IMG/VR virus record: IMGVR_UViG_3300013105_000843
Span: 65,557-129,556 of that record
Length of the DNA: 64,000 bases
Source of the DNA: a virus
Taxonomy: Duplodnaviria; Caudoviricetes
Strand: one strand, 5' to 3'
The position numbers were made by a program, and so were the translations under genes. The notes beneath the pieces are model-generated. The model saw only the letters and a list, made by a program, of their open reading frames with translations. It was not told the DNA's origin and made no database searches. This document shows, piece after piece, positions 46,076 through 55,286 of the stretch (its first letter is position 1; the number at the start of each line of letters is the position of its first letter).

Positions 46076-46963
46076 TCACGCGGGGAACGCGTCATCTTCC
46101 CCTGCATTCAGGATGTAGTGGTCGAGGAACGCGTATGTTTTCCCGGTTTTCAGCGGTAGGGCGAACCCCGATGACGCGGGATGGCCACCTCCCCCGAAAC
46201 GCTCCGCCATCGCGGACACGTCGACCGTGCCTTGCTTCGCACGCAGGCTGACAAGCAGCATGCCCTTCTCGATACGCCAGAGCAACGCGAACGTGCCGTT
46301 CTCCTCGTAGACGTATTCACCCACCTGGCTGACCATCAGCGTGTCGCACGCGCCGACGTTGACCTTGTGGCCATGCACCCCGCAGAAGCAAACGGGCTCG
46401 GCGGACCGGGCGATGCCCTTCGCTACCGACTGGAATTTCCGGTTCATCTGGGCGCCATTGCCGATGAGCTGCTCCCAGTCGCCTTTGGACATCTGAGCAA
46501 GGCGGTCCCATTCGACAAAATCAAATGGCAGCGTGTCCACGTACGACAGGACTTCAGCCGACTCCGCCAGCTTCCAACGCCATAGGTCGCGGTCCTCGAT
46601 GCACTCCAGCAGCCTCGGAACCGGTGTCGTTGGATGGAAATGCTCCCAGGCAAGCCGAGCCCCACTCTTGCTCATATCGAAGACTGCACCCGGGAATCCC
46701 TCGAGCGCGGTCTGCGCGGTTTTGTGATGGTCCAGCACCACGACAGACTTCGCCCGGCCGGCCAGCGCCTCGAGCTGCTCGCGCGGAAAGCTGAAGTCCA
46801 GGATAAACACCTCGCGCCCGTCGACCTTCAGCTCATCGAGCGTCGGGTAACGGCCATGCTGGGCCGGCACGTATTGCGCGTCGGCGCCATACTTGCGCCA
46901 GGCGGCGTATGCGGCGCCAAAGCCGTCCGGGCACTGGGCGTGATAGATGATGATGGGTTGCAT
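46076..46963 (-). CDS. DHH/DHHA1 phosphoesterase
   Basis: YH..C.DG, DFS, LDHHKT, SLR, GGGGH. Confidence 0.9.
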   Translation of the reverse strand: MQPIIIYHAQCPDGFGAAYAAWRKYGADAQYVPAQHGRYPTLDELKVDGREVFILDFSFPREQLEALAGRAKSVVVLDHHKTAQTALEGFPGAVFDMSKSGARLAWEHFHPTTPVPRLLECIEDRDLWRWKLAESAEVLSYVDTLPFDFVEWDRLAQMSKGDWEQLIGNGAQMNRKFQSVAKGIARSAEPVCFCGVHGHKVNVGACDTLMVSQVGEYVYEENGTFALLWRIEKGMLLVSLRAKQGTVDVSAMAERFGGGGHPASSGFALPLKTGKTYAFLDHYILNAGEDDAFPA

Positions 46964-47007
46964 TGTCTGTCCTCTCATTGGTTGTGACGGTACCGTATAG
47001 GCGCGCA

Positions 47008-47036
47008 CAAAAAAAGACGCCCGAGGAGGCGTCTTG
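47008..47036 (-). terminator. Rho-independent terminator
   Basis: AAGACGCC-TCCTC-GGGCGTCTT followed by a T run on the minus strand. Confidence 0.75.
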
Positions 47037-47067
47037 AGGTAGGTTCCAACCGGCGGCCGCGCGTACT

Positions 47068-47268
47068 CTAGCGGCTGAGCAGCCCGCACATGACGTCGCG
47101 ACTGACCGCCATCATGCGCGTGAGCTTTCCGGCGTCAAACTCCATCTTCTTCCCGGCACCCACGAACAGGTCCCAGGTTGCTCGGCTCGCTTCCTCGAGC
47201 AGCGCCTCGTAGAACGCATCCGACAGCTCGTTGCGGCCCGGCCCGTACTGTTCATTGATGAACAGCAT
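47068..47268 (-). CDS. Small hypothetical protein
   Basis: AGGAGG RBS. Confidence 0.5.
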   Translation of the reverse strand: MLFINEQYGPGRNELSDAFYEALLEEASRATWDLFVGAGKKMEFDAGKLTRMMAVSRDVMCGLLSR

Positions 47269-47424
47269 CGCGCCCTCCTTTTTCCGCTGTCCGGCGACGC
47301 GCGGGCAGCGTCTCGCCCCACCTGCGCCAGGTCCCGGTGTACTCGCCGGTCACGAGGTCATAGGTTCGAAACGTCTCCGAGCGGTTCATCAGGCGGATAC
47401 CGCGCCGCCGTATCTTTCGCATGC

Positions 47425-47931
47425 TCATGACAACTCCTGCGGCAAGTTCGGTTGCGGAACGGCGAACGCGCGCATATACCCCGACGTGCAGGCAATGAGC
47501 GGCGTCATCGTGCTGTGGCAGATGCGCGGCGCGCACCACTGACCACGTTCGTCGCATACACGATGCAACTGTGGAATCGGCTGGCCCTCCTTCAGCAATC
47601 GCCAGCCCGCCGGCGCCTTGACGACCCGCCCGCCACCCGTCCGCCCGTAGGGCAGCGGCCGGAACACCGGCTTCAGGCTCCGAAACGGGATGACGTGACA
47701 GAAGCGCGCACCGTTGGCGTCGCCCATGTTCACGAGCTGGTCGAACTCGATGGTCGCTCCGTGCGGAACTTCGTCGACGCGCCAGTGCTTGAACAGGCGG
47801 CCGGCCAGATAGCCTTCCGGCGTCTTGACCATTACCCGCGTCCCGAGTGGCCACTTGCGGTGCTTGCGACGCAGGTCTGCTGCGTTCCTGCTGGTGAGCG
47901 TATTGTGAAAAACGATATGTCCTGCAGCCAT
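47425..47931 (-). CDS. Hypothetical protein
   Basis: AAGGAGG RBS, 168 aa. Confidence 0.65.
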   Translation of the reverse strand: MAAGHIVFHNTLTSRNAADLRRKHRKWPLGTRVMVKTPEGYLAGRLFKHWRVDEVPHGATIEFDQLVNMGDANGARFCHVIPFRSLKPVFRPLPYGRTGGGRVVKAPAGWRLLKEGQPIPQLHRVCDERGQWCAPRICHSTMTPLIACTSGYMRAFAVPQPNLPQELS

Positions 47932-48026
47932 GTTGGCCTCCTTGTAGGTTGTCCTGCCCAGCCGTATAGCGCAGGGCGCCCGCCTACGAAAAAGGCCCGT
48001 CCGGCAGACCTACATCCAGTTGCGGC

Positions 48027-48836
48027 TCATACGAGCCGGTTCGGCTGTCGCCATTCCCAGAACCGCGGCGTGTTCCGGCGCTTCGTAGCGGGGGCGTCCT
48101 CGCGCTGCAGCTGCTCGAGATACGCGCGGCACAGCGCGTCGTCCTCGAGGTACTCGGTCATCCCCGCCGCCCAGCGCGCGTGAATCCAGTCGCGCAGTGC
48201 GAACCACACCGACCGCGCCACGTCGACCACCAGGTCCCCCAGCAGATAGGTCACCAGCGTCAGGGGCCACAGCACGACGTTCGAGACAAAGAAGCGCTTT
48301 TGCTGCAGCGGACGCAGCGGGAAGTCGCCGCGGTAGAGCATCTGAGCGCGGACTGCGTTGAGGACCTCCTGAAAGCGGCGACGCTGGGCATCGGTCAGCC
48401 CGTCCAGCGAGTCGACCCCCTCTTCGCGCAGCCAGAGGTCGCGCTCCATCACGTAGCGCTGGCCCAGTCGCCGGGCGTAGAGCCAGAAATAGGCAATGGC
48501 CCACACCACGCCGATGGCGCCATAGGCGGCCAGGAGCGCGGGCGCAGCGATGCTCTCGAGCAGGACCCGTTGCGCGCTCAGCTGCGCGTGCACCGCCGGC
48601 CAGAACGTCGGTGCGTTGAACTGCGCGGCACCCGGCGTCGCCATGTACGCCGGGAGAAACCATAGCGCTGCCATTACCCACAAGAGCAGGCAGGGCGTCA
48701 ACCTCTCCAGCTCCCCGCTGTCGGTCTCACAGCCGAGGAGGCGCCAGTGCCGGTCCGGCAGGAACAGCGCCACCAGTAGCGCGAACAGGATGACCGCCGG
48801 CCACAGCGGAATCATGATGTTGAAGATAGAGTTCAT
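48027..48836 (-). CDS. Membrane protein (paralog of 50541-51095)
   Basis: TM helices; AY.AIG..WA and NV..WP motifs. Confidence 0.7.
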   Translation of the reverse strand: MNSIFNIMIPLWPAVILFALLVALFLPDRHWRLLGCETDSGELERLTPCLLLWVMAALWFLPAYMATPGAAQFNAPTFWPAVHAQLSAQRVLLESIAAPALLAAYGAIGVVWAIAYFWLYARRLGQRYVMERDLWLREEGVDSLDGLTDAQRRRFQEVLNAVRAQMLYRGDFPLRPLQQKRFFVSNVVLWPLTLVTYLLGDLVVDVARSVWFALRDWIHARWAAGMTEYLEDDALCRAYLEQLQREDAPATKRRNTPRFWEWRQPNRLV

Positions 48837-50242
48837 TCGATTACGCGGGAATCCCCGGGCATCGACCCGTGGAGGGATAGCGCGCCGTGTGAAACACGAC
48901 CTTCTCCCGCTTCTCCTTTTTGTGAAGCTATCCTTGCGTATCCGTAGCCGTCGCTACGCTGAACCAGCCGGCAGTAGCGATGTGCAACGCCCTGTATGAC
49001 GGTGCCGCCCTGCTGGATGTTAAAGTTGCCCGCCGCGCGCACCGCCACGCGTCCCACGTGTGCGCCCGCCCTCTTGCCGCTTGGTACGTCGGCGCGCACC
49101 AGGTCGCCCGTCTGGAAGCCGTGCACCCGCTTATCGCGGGTCAGGTATCCGCGCGGGAAACCATACATGTCGAGCCGCGTACGCTGATAGCTACCGCGCC
49201 CTGTGCACTTCACTGACAGTGTTGGCTTTCGCCAGCCCGTCAGAGCCGCCAGCTCACCGACACAGGTCGCATCGAGCGCGTGGGTTTTCGGCACACCAAG
49301 CGTGACCCGGTTGAATTTTGTGCGGCCGCCGGATGCGAGTTCCACTGGGAGGCCGGTTGCCTTGAGCATATGAGCCAAGGCCCAGCGCGTAGCATTGACT
49401 GCTGCCGCGTCCTTCAATGGGCGCTTAGCGTGCGCCAGAATGGCCGCAAGCCGCTTCGGCGCCTTCGCGAGGAACAGCTCCACCGGCTGCGCGCCCTTGG
49501 CCTGGTTGCACGGTTCGCACGCAAGTGTCAGGTTGGACACCCGGTTCGAGCCGCCGCGCGCCCGGGCCACGATATGTTCCACCTGGAGCGGCACCTTCGT
49601 CGCGTCGCAGTACGCGCACTGCCGCCCCCACTTCTCGAGCAGGTACTCACGGACTTCGTAGCCCGCCAGCGTACCTTGCTGGTACTCGACGCCGCTGATG
49701 TCCGGATTCTCGAGCGCCTGCATGTCGAATCGCACCAGTTCACTTGACAGTGCTGTCACTGGCGCCCAGCGCAGGAGGCGCGTCACCCACGCCATCGTTG
49801 TGTGGATTCGATGCGCCAAGGACGGCGCCAGCCAGCCTGCCGGCCGGGTGCGATTCAGGAAGCGTGACGCGCGATAGCGCATTTTCCCGCGCCGCCGCCG
49901 ACGCATAGCTCGGCGCGCGACGAGCGCCTCGCTAATTTGGCGCCCACGGTGAACCAGTTCGAACAGGTTGAGTACCGCCGCGCCAGGTTGCAGCTCGCCG
50001 GTCGAGTTGTCCAGCACTTCGGTGTCACGCACAAGCGCGACTCCGGTGGTCTTGCTCCCGGGGTCGAGCTTGAGACGCACCGGCTGAAAACAGCAGGAGG
50101 TGGTGTCACGGTCGATGAGCCGGATGACGAATGGCACCACGCGATGCACGCGCGCGCGACCCCGCGCGAGCAACAGCCTCGCGCGTTTCTCGCTGCACGG
50201 CATCAACGCCTTACCTTTCCTGTCCAGCACGAAAACGGCCAC
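48833..50242 (-). CDS. iscB: RNA-guided endonuclease IscB
   Basis: LMPC (PLMP domain), DPGSKTTG (RuvC-I), Arg-rich bridge helix, CAYC..EHI..GGSN..NL..AC..CN (HNH), HALDA (RuvC-III). Confidence 0.95.
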   Translation of the reverse strand: MAVFVLDRKGKALMPCSEKRARLLLARGRARVHRVVPFVIRLIDRDTTSCCFQPVRLKLDPGSKTTGVALVRDTEVLDNSTGELQPGAAVLNLFELVHRGRQISEALVARRAMRRRRRGKMRYRASRFLNRTRPAGWLAPSLAHRIHTTMAWVTRLLRWAPVTALSSELVRFDMQALENPDISGVEYQQGTLAGYEVREYLLEKWGRQCAYCDATKVPLQVEHIVARARGGSNRVSNLTLACEPCNQAKGAQPVELFLAKAPKRLAAILAHAKRPLKDAAAVNATRWALAHMLKATGLPVELASGGRTKFNRVTLGVPKTHALDATCVGELAALTGWRKPTLSVKCTGRGSYQRTRLDMYGFPRGYLTRDKRVHGFQTGDLVRADVPSGKRAGAHVGRVAVRAAGNFNIQQGGTVIQGVAHRYCRLVQRSDGYGYARIASQKGEAGEGRVSHGALSLHGSMPGDSRVIE

Positions 50243-50559
50243 ATCCGCTCCTGGTAAATCAGGCCGGAATGCCGTCCGGCGCGGTTGCCCTTACGGACCT
50301 GGTGACAGGAGCCTTGCGACTCCGCTCCCCTCGACCATGTTGCGCAGCAGGTGGCGAGTCTCCCCGCCCGTCGCAGCCCGTTTCGTGCTCACCCGAAGCG
50401 TGTCTGCTGCTGCGACTTCCAGAGCGTCGAACTGAGGAAGCATTCGACGGTGGGTCTGCTGTCTTCTGCACAACGTAGCGCCTTACAGCGGTCGGTCTGG
50501 TCAAACTCGAGCTGGTGAGTTACCCCACAAGCTCCGGCCGTCAGGCAGGGGTGTTTGAC
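48837..50559 (-). mobile_element. Non-autonomous IS200/IS605-family iscB element
   Basis: omegaRNA + iscB + end hairpin CCCTCCACGGG..CCCGGGG..CCCGCG abutting ATGA; no tnpA in the window. Confidence 0.85.
50243..50559 (-). ncRNA. omegaRNA (HEARO-type) scaffold of IscB
   Basis: Starts GTCAAACACCCC..GGAGCTTG; contains TTGACCAGAC, CTACGTT, TGCTTCCTCAGT..CTCTG and AACATGGTCGAGGGGAG; immediately upstream of iscB. Confidence 0.85.
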
Positions 50560-51095
50560 CGACGCCCTCCCTTGGCCGCCTCGAGCTTTTTCAGGTCTGC
50601 AATCGCTTCTCGGTTGGCCATCAGGATGATGGCCTGGTACAGCGTCAGCACCCGATGGAACGCCCACGTCAGCGCCCGCACTAGTGAGCGCCAGGCGTGG
50701 CGCAGCAGGCGCACCATCGCCAACCAGACCGCGCGCAGGTAGTCGGTGAGGATTTTTTGCGGAATACGGATGGGCCAGAACGCGACGTTCAGGATGAAGC
50801 CGGCGACCACGCGGCGTTCGGTGAAGCGCTCGAAGTAGGGCTGGTGGTCGCGATAGTTGAGGAAGGCGTCCGGGCGCATCTGCGTCCAGCGCGCCCCGTC
50901 GCCCTGGGTGTCGGCGCCAAGGATGTCCTGGAGTCGCTGGCCGCCGAGCAACTGACTGCGCCATTCGGCATAGTCGCGTGCCATCAGCTTCACGCCGCGC
51001 GGCAGATAGAAGCACGCCCAGAGCGTGCCGATGGCGAAATACGCCGGAACGGTCAGCTCCCAAGGGAGCCCCAGCAGCATGGAAATCAGCAGCAT
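50541..51095 (-). CDS. Membrane protein (paralog of 48027-48836); last codons supplied by the IS end
   Basis: AYFAIG..WA and NVAFWP motifs; GGAG RBS. Confidence 0.7.
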   Translation of the reverse strand: MLLISMLLGLPWELTVPAYFAIGTLWACFYLPRGVKLMARDYAEWRSQLLGGQRLQDILGADTQGDGARWTQMRPDAFLNYRDHQPYFERFTERRVVAGFILNVAFWPIRIPQKILTDYLRAVWLAMVRLLRHAWRSLVRALTWAFHRVLTLYQAIILMANREAIADLKKLEAAKGGRRSNTPA

Positions 51096-51107
51096 CGTGT
51101 TCTCCAG

Positions 51108-51731
51108 TTAGGATTGCCTGGCGGGGGCTCCAGCTTCAGCCGCGGCAGCCTCCTCCGCCTGGACGGCCGCTTGCGCAATCCTCGCCCACTCTTCCTCGGA
51201 AACGCGCCGGCACCCGTCGAACACCATGCGGAACGACGCAGCAGGTTCTTCTACGGTGCGGCCCGCTGCAAGCTCCACCCGCACTTCGGCTTCGATGTCC
51301 GGCAGCCACATCGCGTAGGGGCCGCTCTCTTCCACCCACATGAAGCCGCATTCGGAAAACGGCAGTCCGAGCCGCCGCGTGCCGTGACCATTCTTTGCGA
51401 GGTACGAGATGCAGCACGGTATCCCGAGCCCGTCCATCAGCAGCGCGGACGGGTTGCGGTACCCGACTTGTTCGGCGAATCGCTTGGCCCACTCGGTGCC
51501 CCGCTTCGGCCGCGAGCCGTGTGCGCCCCGTCCGGTGAAGTCCGCCGGCACCGCGCCCTTGAAGTCAACGGCGACGACGACCCCGTCTTCACGGCTGGTC
51601 CAGACGTGTTCCACCCCCAGTTCACGCGCGAGGTCCTGCGACTGCTTCCGGACTCGCGCCCACTCGGCAAAATGGCTGCGCACCAGCTCGAGCGCCTTCC
51701 CGCCTTCAATCAGAAAAATCGCGTCTTCCAT
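51108..51731 (-). CDS. Hypothetical protein
   Basis: AAGGA RBS, 207 aa. Confidence 0.65.
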   Translation of the reverse strand: MEDAIFLIEGGKALELVRSHFAEWARVRKQSQDLARELGVEHVWTSREDGVVVAVDFKGAVPADFTGRGAHGSRPKRGTEWAKRFAEQVGYRNPSALLMDGLGIPCCISYLAKNGHGTRRLGLPFSECGFMWVEESGPYAMWLPDIEAEVRVELAAGRTVEEPAASFRMVFDGCRRVSEEEWARIAQAAVQAEEAAAAEAGAPARQS

Positions 51732-51797
51732 GCTGTGTCCTTTGCAAAACAAATGAGCCCGGCTCGCAAGCAGGGCTCATGACAGCTTCAGGGGCCG

Positions 51798-52187
51798 TCA
51801 GATGTCGGCGCTGTCGCCGCCCGCCTGCGGTCCGCCCTGCTCTCCGCCCGGCGCGGCAGCCGCCGGGTCAGCCGCATCGGGCTTGCCGGGCTTGCGCGCT
51901 GCGACGAGCGCACGCAGATGCTTCGCGTACGTCTTCAGGTCGACGGGTTGCGGATGGAAGCCCTCGGCAATCCAGTTGCCGACGAGCGCCGCGACCGTCT
52001 TGCGGTCCGCTGCATTCACCGAGACCGAACGCGCGAGCATGCCGTCTTCGCCGAGCGCGATATAGAAGGCCGGTTCGTTTTCGACCGTGAGCGGTTTGTC
52101 GGCGAAGTCCGCCGGCGCGAGCGCCTGGCCGTTGAGCGCCTGCGCGTCCTCGATGACGACTGCGCCGTTGACGAGTTTCAGCTGCAT
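51798..52187 (-). CDS. Hypothetical protein
   Basis: AAGGA RBS; terminator-like hairpin at 51753-51780. Confidence 0.65.
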   Translation of the reverse strand: MQLKLVNGAVVIEDAQALNGQALAPADFADKPLTVENEPAFYIALGEDGMLARSVSVNAADRKTVAALVGNWIAEGFHPQPVDLKTYAKHLRALVAARKPGKPDAADPAAAAPGGEQGGPQAGGDSADI

Positions 52188-52248
52188 GCCATTCCTTGTG
52201 GTGGTTGTAGGGTCAATTAAGTATATCCGTTTACTCGCTTTTCGCAAG

Positions 52249-52524
52249 TTAATATTCAGCGTCGCCACATCCCGCCGGGCAGCAGTTGCGCTCGATGCCG
52301 TGGCTGCAATAGCCTTGGTCGCGCATGTCCTCGTGTGCGGCGGCCCGCGCCTCGGGCGTCTCGTAGCCCAGCGGGCGAGCCAGTTCGAGCGCCGTCTCGT
52401 GGTCAGGTGCACCCGGCGGATAGGCGGCGTCGACGGAGGCCGAGAAGCGGTCGACAAACAGGTCGTAGGACAGACCGCAGCCGCGGTTGGCCTCGGCAGC
52501 CAGCTGCTCGAGACGAGCTTTCAT
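52249..52524 (-). CDS. Small Cys-rich protein (CSHG...CCPAGC)
   Basis: ATGA-coupled to the upstream lipoprotein gene. Confidence 0.6.
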   Translation of the reverse strand: MKARLEQLAAEANRGCGLSYDLFVDRFSASVDAAYPPGAPDHETALELARPLGYETPEARAAAHEDMRDQGYCSHGIERNCCPAGCGDAEY

Positions 52525-52814
52525 TTGCGCACCTGCGAGGGCAGCGCGTCGCGGGTCGCGTACCCGGCATTGCCGGATGGTTCCGCGCCGCCGTCGACCA
52601 CCACCGACGTGTGGTCGGACTTCCCTTCGCGATAGGTCGTGCTCGTCGTGCTGTTCGGACAGCGGACCACGGTGATGCTGTTGATGCCGTCGCTCAGCTC
52701 GAAGAGCTTGCAGTCCTGCAACTCGGCCGGCAGCGGAAAGTCTGCGGTGGTGACCGAGGGCTGGCAGCCAGCGACCAGCACGGCGAGGCCGAGTGTACAG
52801 AGGATGAATCGCAT
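52521..52814 (-). CDS. Lipoprotein
   Basis: Lipobox VAGC; AAGGAG RBS. Confidence 0.7.
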   Translation of the reverse strand: MRFILCTLGLAVLVAGCQPSVTTADFPLPAELQDCKLFELSDGINSITVVRCPNSTTSTTYREGKSDHTSVVVDGGAEPSGNAGYATRDALPSQVRK

Positions 52815-52832
52815 GGGTGGCTCCTTGCCGGG

Positions 52833-53354
52833 TTACCGCACGGCGTCCGCGTTCTGGGAAAAAGTCCTGAAGACGGAGGGCGCGCACAGCGTCTTGAATG
52901 GTTCGAGCGTCTGTTGACGCTCCCCCATGAGGCAGCAGCGGCCGCCGGCTTGCAGATGCTCGCCGATGAAAGCGTCGACGCCCGGGAACCGCGCACGAAT
53001 CGCTTCGACGTCCTCGACCACCAGCAGCCCGCGCCTCGTCCGGAACGTGTCTTCCGCCGCCGGCAGCGCCGCGGACCACGGCGACTGCACGGCGGCGAAA
53101 TCGAAGACCTGCAGCGGCGACGAATGCTTCGCGTCGGACGTCGACAGCATGGGCGTGGAAAGCCCGTCCTGGGTCGTGTGCAGCCGCCAGATGGTTCCAC
53201 CCATCAAGCGGCAGAAAAGCTCGTAATTGCGACCCACGTCGAGTATGAGCACCGGTTGCCCGATGCAGAGCGCGTTGGCAACCAAACCTCTCACGTACGA
53301 ATGCGCGCCCACTCCCGACTGGGCTTCGATAAGCACGTTGGGGACATTACTCAT
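52833..53354 (-). CDS. Degenerate TraC/VirB4-like P-loop fragment
   Basis: SGVGAH in the Walker A position; ILDVGRNY..FC..MGG resembles TraC. Confidence 0.55.
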   Translation of the reverse strand: MSNVPNVLIEAQSGVGAHSYVRGLVANALCIGQPVLILDVGRNYELFCRLMGGTIWRLHTTQDGLSTPMLSTSDAKHSSPLQVFDFAAVQSPWSAALPAAEDTFRTRRGLLVVEDVEAIRARFPGVDAFIGEHLQAGGRCCLMGERQQTLEPFKTLCAPSVFRTFSQNADAVR

Positions 53355-54249
53355 CCCCGCGCTCCTGTGCCTGGAATCCGCCAAGTTCGTTGACGAGGTC
53401 CGCTACCAGGGCGGCCAGCTCACCGCTCATCGCCCGGAAGGTCGCCTCGAACACGGCATCCGCGTCGTCGCCGATGTCCTTCAGGTCTTCCTTCACGACC
53501 TCGAGGAACTTGATGCGCTTGAGCTGGAATTTGTCGGTGAGCACGAAGCTGATGCGGTCGCGCCACGTGAGCGCGACGCTCGTCGCCTGCAGGCCCGCCT
53601 CGATGTGCTTGCGGACTTCCTCTGCGGTCAGGTCCGCGCGTCGGATGGTGACCTTCGCCCCACCCTTTTCCGGGTCTTCCAGCGTGCAGTCCGCGTCGAG
53701 CGTGAAATCGCCCGGCGCCTCGCCGGCGGCCAGCCAGTTCGTCATCGCCGCACCCGCCGACTTGTTCGTGCGCAGCAGCGCCACCGGGAACGGCGGCAGT
53801 GCCTCGCGCAGGGCCGAGAGAAGCGTCTCGCCCTTGCTCGCCGAGGACGAGTCGACGAACACATACTGGTCGTCCAGCCAGGCCGTCGTGAAGCTCTCCT
53901 TGGTCATCGCCTTGGCGAGCAACTCGTCGGTCACTTCCGCCTTGAGCTGCTTCTGCTCCTTACGCCCGACCTTGCGGCCTTCACGGCGCGCGATGTCGGC
54001 GACCTTCGCCTTCAGCGCCGCCTTGATGACAGGCGCCGGCAGCACCTTGTCCTCGCGCTGCAGCTTCACGATACGGAAGCCGCCGAACACGGGCGCAGCT
54101 TCTTCACGAAACGGCGCGGGCGGCACCCAGCCCTGCGTGAACCACTCGAGCGCACCCGGCTTGACCGGCTTGCGACGTGCGAGCTGCGCCTCGAGGTCGG
54201 ACAGCGATTCACCGCCGCGGCGATAAACGAGAATATTCTTGGCCCACAT
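53347..54249 (-). CDS. rdgC: Recombination-associated protein RdgC
   Basis: MW.KN...YR, GWVPP, EDKVLP..VI, VD.SS..K.E, ISFVL...LKRIKF, LGG. Confidence 0.92.
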   Translation of the reverse strand: MWAKNILVYRRGGESLSDLEAQLARRKPVKPGALEWFTQGWVPPAPFREEAAPVFGGFRIVKLQREDKVLPAPVIKAALKAKVADIARREGRKVGRKEQKQLKAEVTDELLAKAMTKESFTTAWLDDQYVFVDSSSASKGETLLSALREALPPFPVALLRTNKSAGAAMTNWLAAGEAPGDFTLDADCTLEDPEKGGAKVTIRRADLTAEEVRKHIEAGLQATSVALTWRDRISFVLTDKFQLKRIKFLEVVKEDLKDIGDDADAVFEATFRAMSGELAALVADLVNELGGFQAQERGDE

Positions 54250-54259
54250 GGGAGCTTCC

Positions 54260-54526
54260 TTACGGATGGTTGTGGATGAGCACACCTGCGGCCTGCGGCC
54301 GGACCGATGTGCGATTGCGTGGTTTGCGTGGCAGCAGCGCGAAGACGAAGGGCTGGCTGATGCTGGACATCAGCAGGAAGCCGATGACCTCGCCGGACAG
54401 CTGCGGTGCGAACAGCACGTCCCCCACGCAGACGAGCGTGGCGAGCAGCCAGGTGGCCAGCGCCGCCTTCAGCGCGAACCACACTGCAGCGCGGCCCCCG
54501 ATTCGAATGTGATGCGACTTAGTCAT
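54260..54526 (-). CDS. Small membrane protein
   Basis: Two TM helices, overlaps the upstream gene. Confidence 0.5.
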   Translation of the reverse strand: MTKSHHIRIGGRAAVWFALKAALATWLLATLVCVGDVLFAPQLSGEVIGFLLMSSISQPFVFALLPRKPRNRTSVRPQAAGVLIHNHP

Positions 54527-54950
54527 GGGTTTTCCTCTGAAACAGCCCGCCCTCGGCAGGCGCAAGAATGACGACCTCACCCTCTTTCAACCGACCCACG
54601 CCGGTTGCGGTCAGACCCACCGTCCCGTGCGTGAGCTGGCCGTCGTCGGTAAAGCAGGTGGCACGCGTTACCGTCACGCGCCACGGGGACGCGCGCCCGA
54701 AACTGAGGGACGACGTCAGCCGGTCGAGAAGTCCGGCATCCTCGCGCGCCGGGCGCATGGTGCCGATGTAGACGCAGGCGGAGTCGGACGCCCGTAGCGT
54801 TACGCGACGCTCCGCATGCGCCCTGTTCTCCTGGACAGCCCGGACATGCGTCCAGACCGAGGTCGACTGCCAGAAGTGGGTGTTCGTCATGACGAAGAAC
54901 AGCAGTGCCAGGCAACCAACGAAATAAAGCGTGTTCCGGTTCATCGCCAC
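54519..54950 (-). CDS. Hypothetical membrane-anchored protein
   Basis: N-terminal TM helix. Confidence 0.55.
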   Translation of the reverse strand: MAMNRNTLYFVGCLALLFFVMTNTHFWQSTSVWTHVRAVQENRAHAERRVTLRASDSACVYIGTMRPAREDAGLLDRLTSSLSFGRASPWRVTVTRATCFTDDGQLTHGTVGLTATGVGRLKEGEVVILAPAEGGLFQRKTHD

Positions 54951-54953
54951 GCG

Positions 54954-55226
54954 TTACATGAAATGCCGGGCGATAAAGCCCACCAGCAACAGAAACAGCG
55001 GCTGCAGGGTGGTGAAAATGAAGGCTTTAACGAGGTCATCCTGGCCTTCGGTGTCGCGCGTCCCGACAAATACCGCGACGACGCACACCAGGCCAATCGC
55101 CCCTCCGGTACCAATCGGCGGCGCCCCGAGCGGCACCACGAACCACTGCCACATTAGCGAACCAACCCAGCCGTTCAACACAAGCATCAGTGGCGCGACC
55201 ATCAGCGCGAAAATGAGCTTTCTCAT
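54954..55226 (-). CDS. Small membrane protein
   Basis: Three hydrophobic helices, W.WFVVP.G motif. Confidence 0.6.
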   Translation of the reverse strand: MRKLIFALMVAPLMLVLNGWVGSLMWQWFVVPLGAPPIGTGGAIGLVCVVAVFVGTRDTEGQDDLVKAFIFTTLQPLFLLLVGFIARHFM

Positions 55227-55286
55227 CGAATGTCCTGTTCGAGAAAGGTAAGCAGGCCTACCGGAGCAGGCCTGCTTACCAATCAG

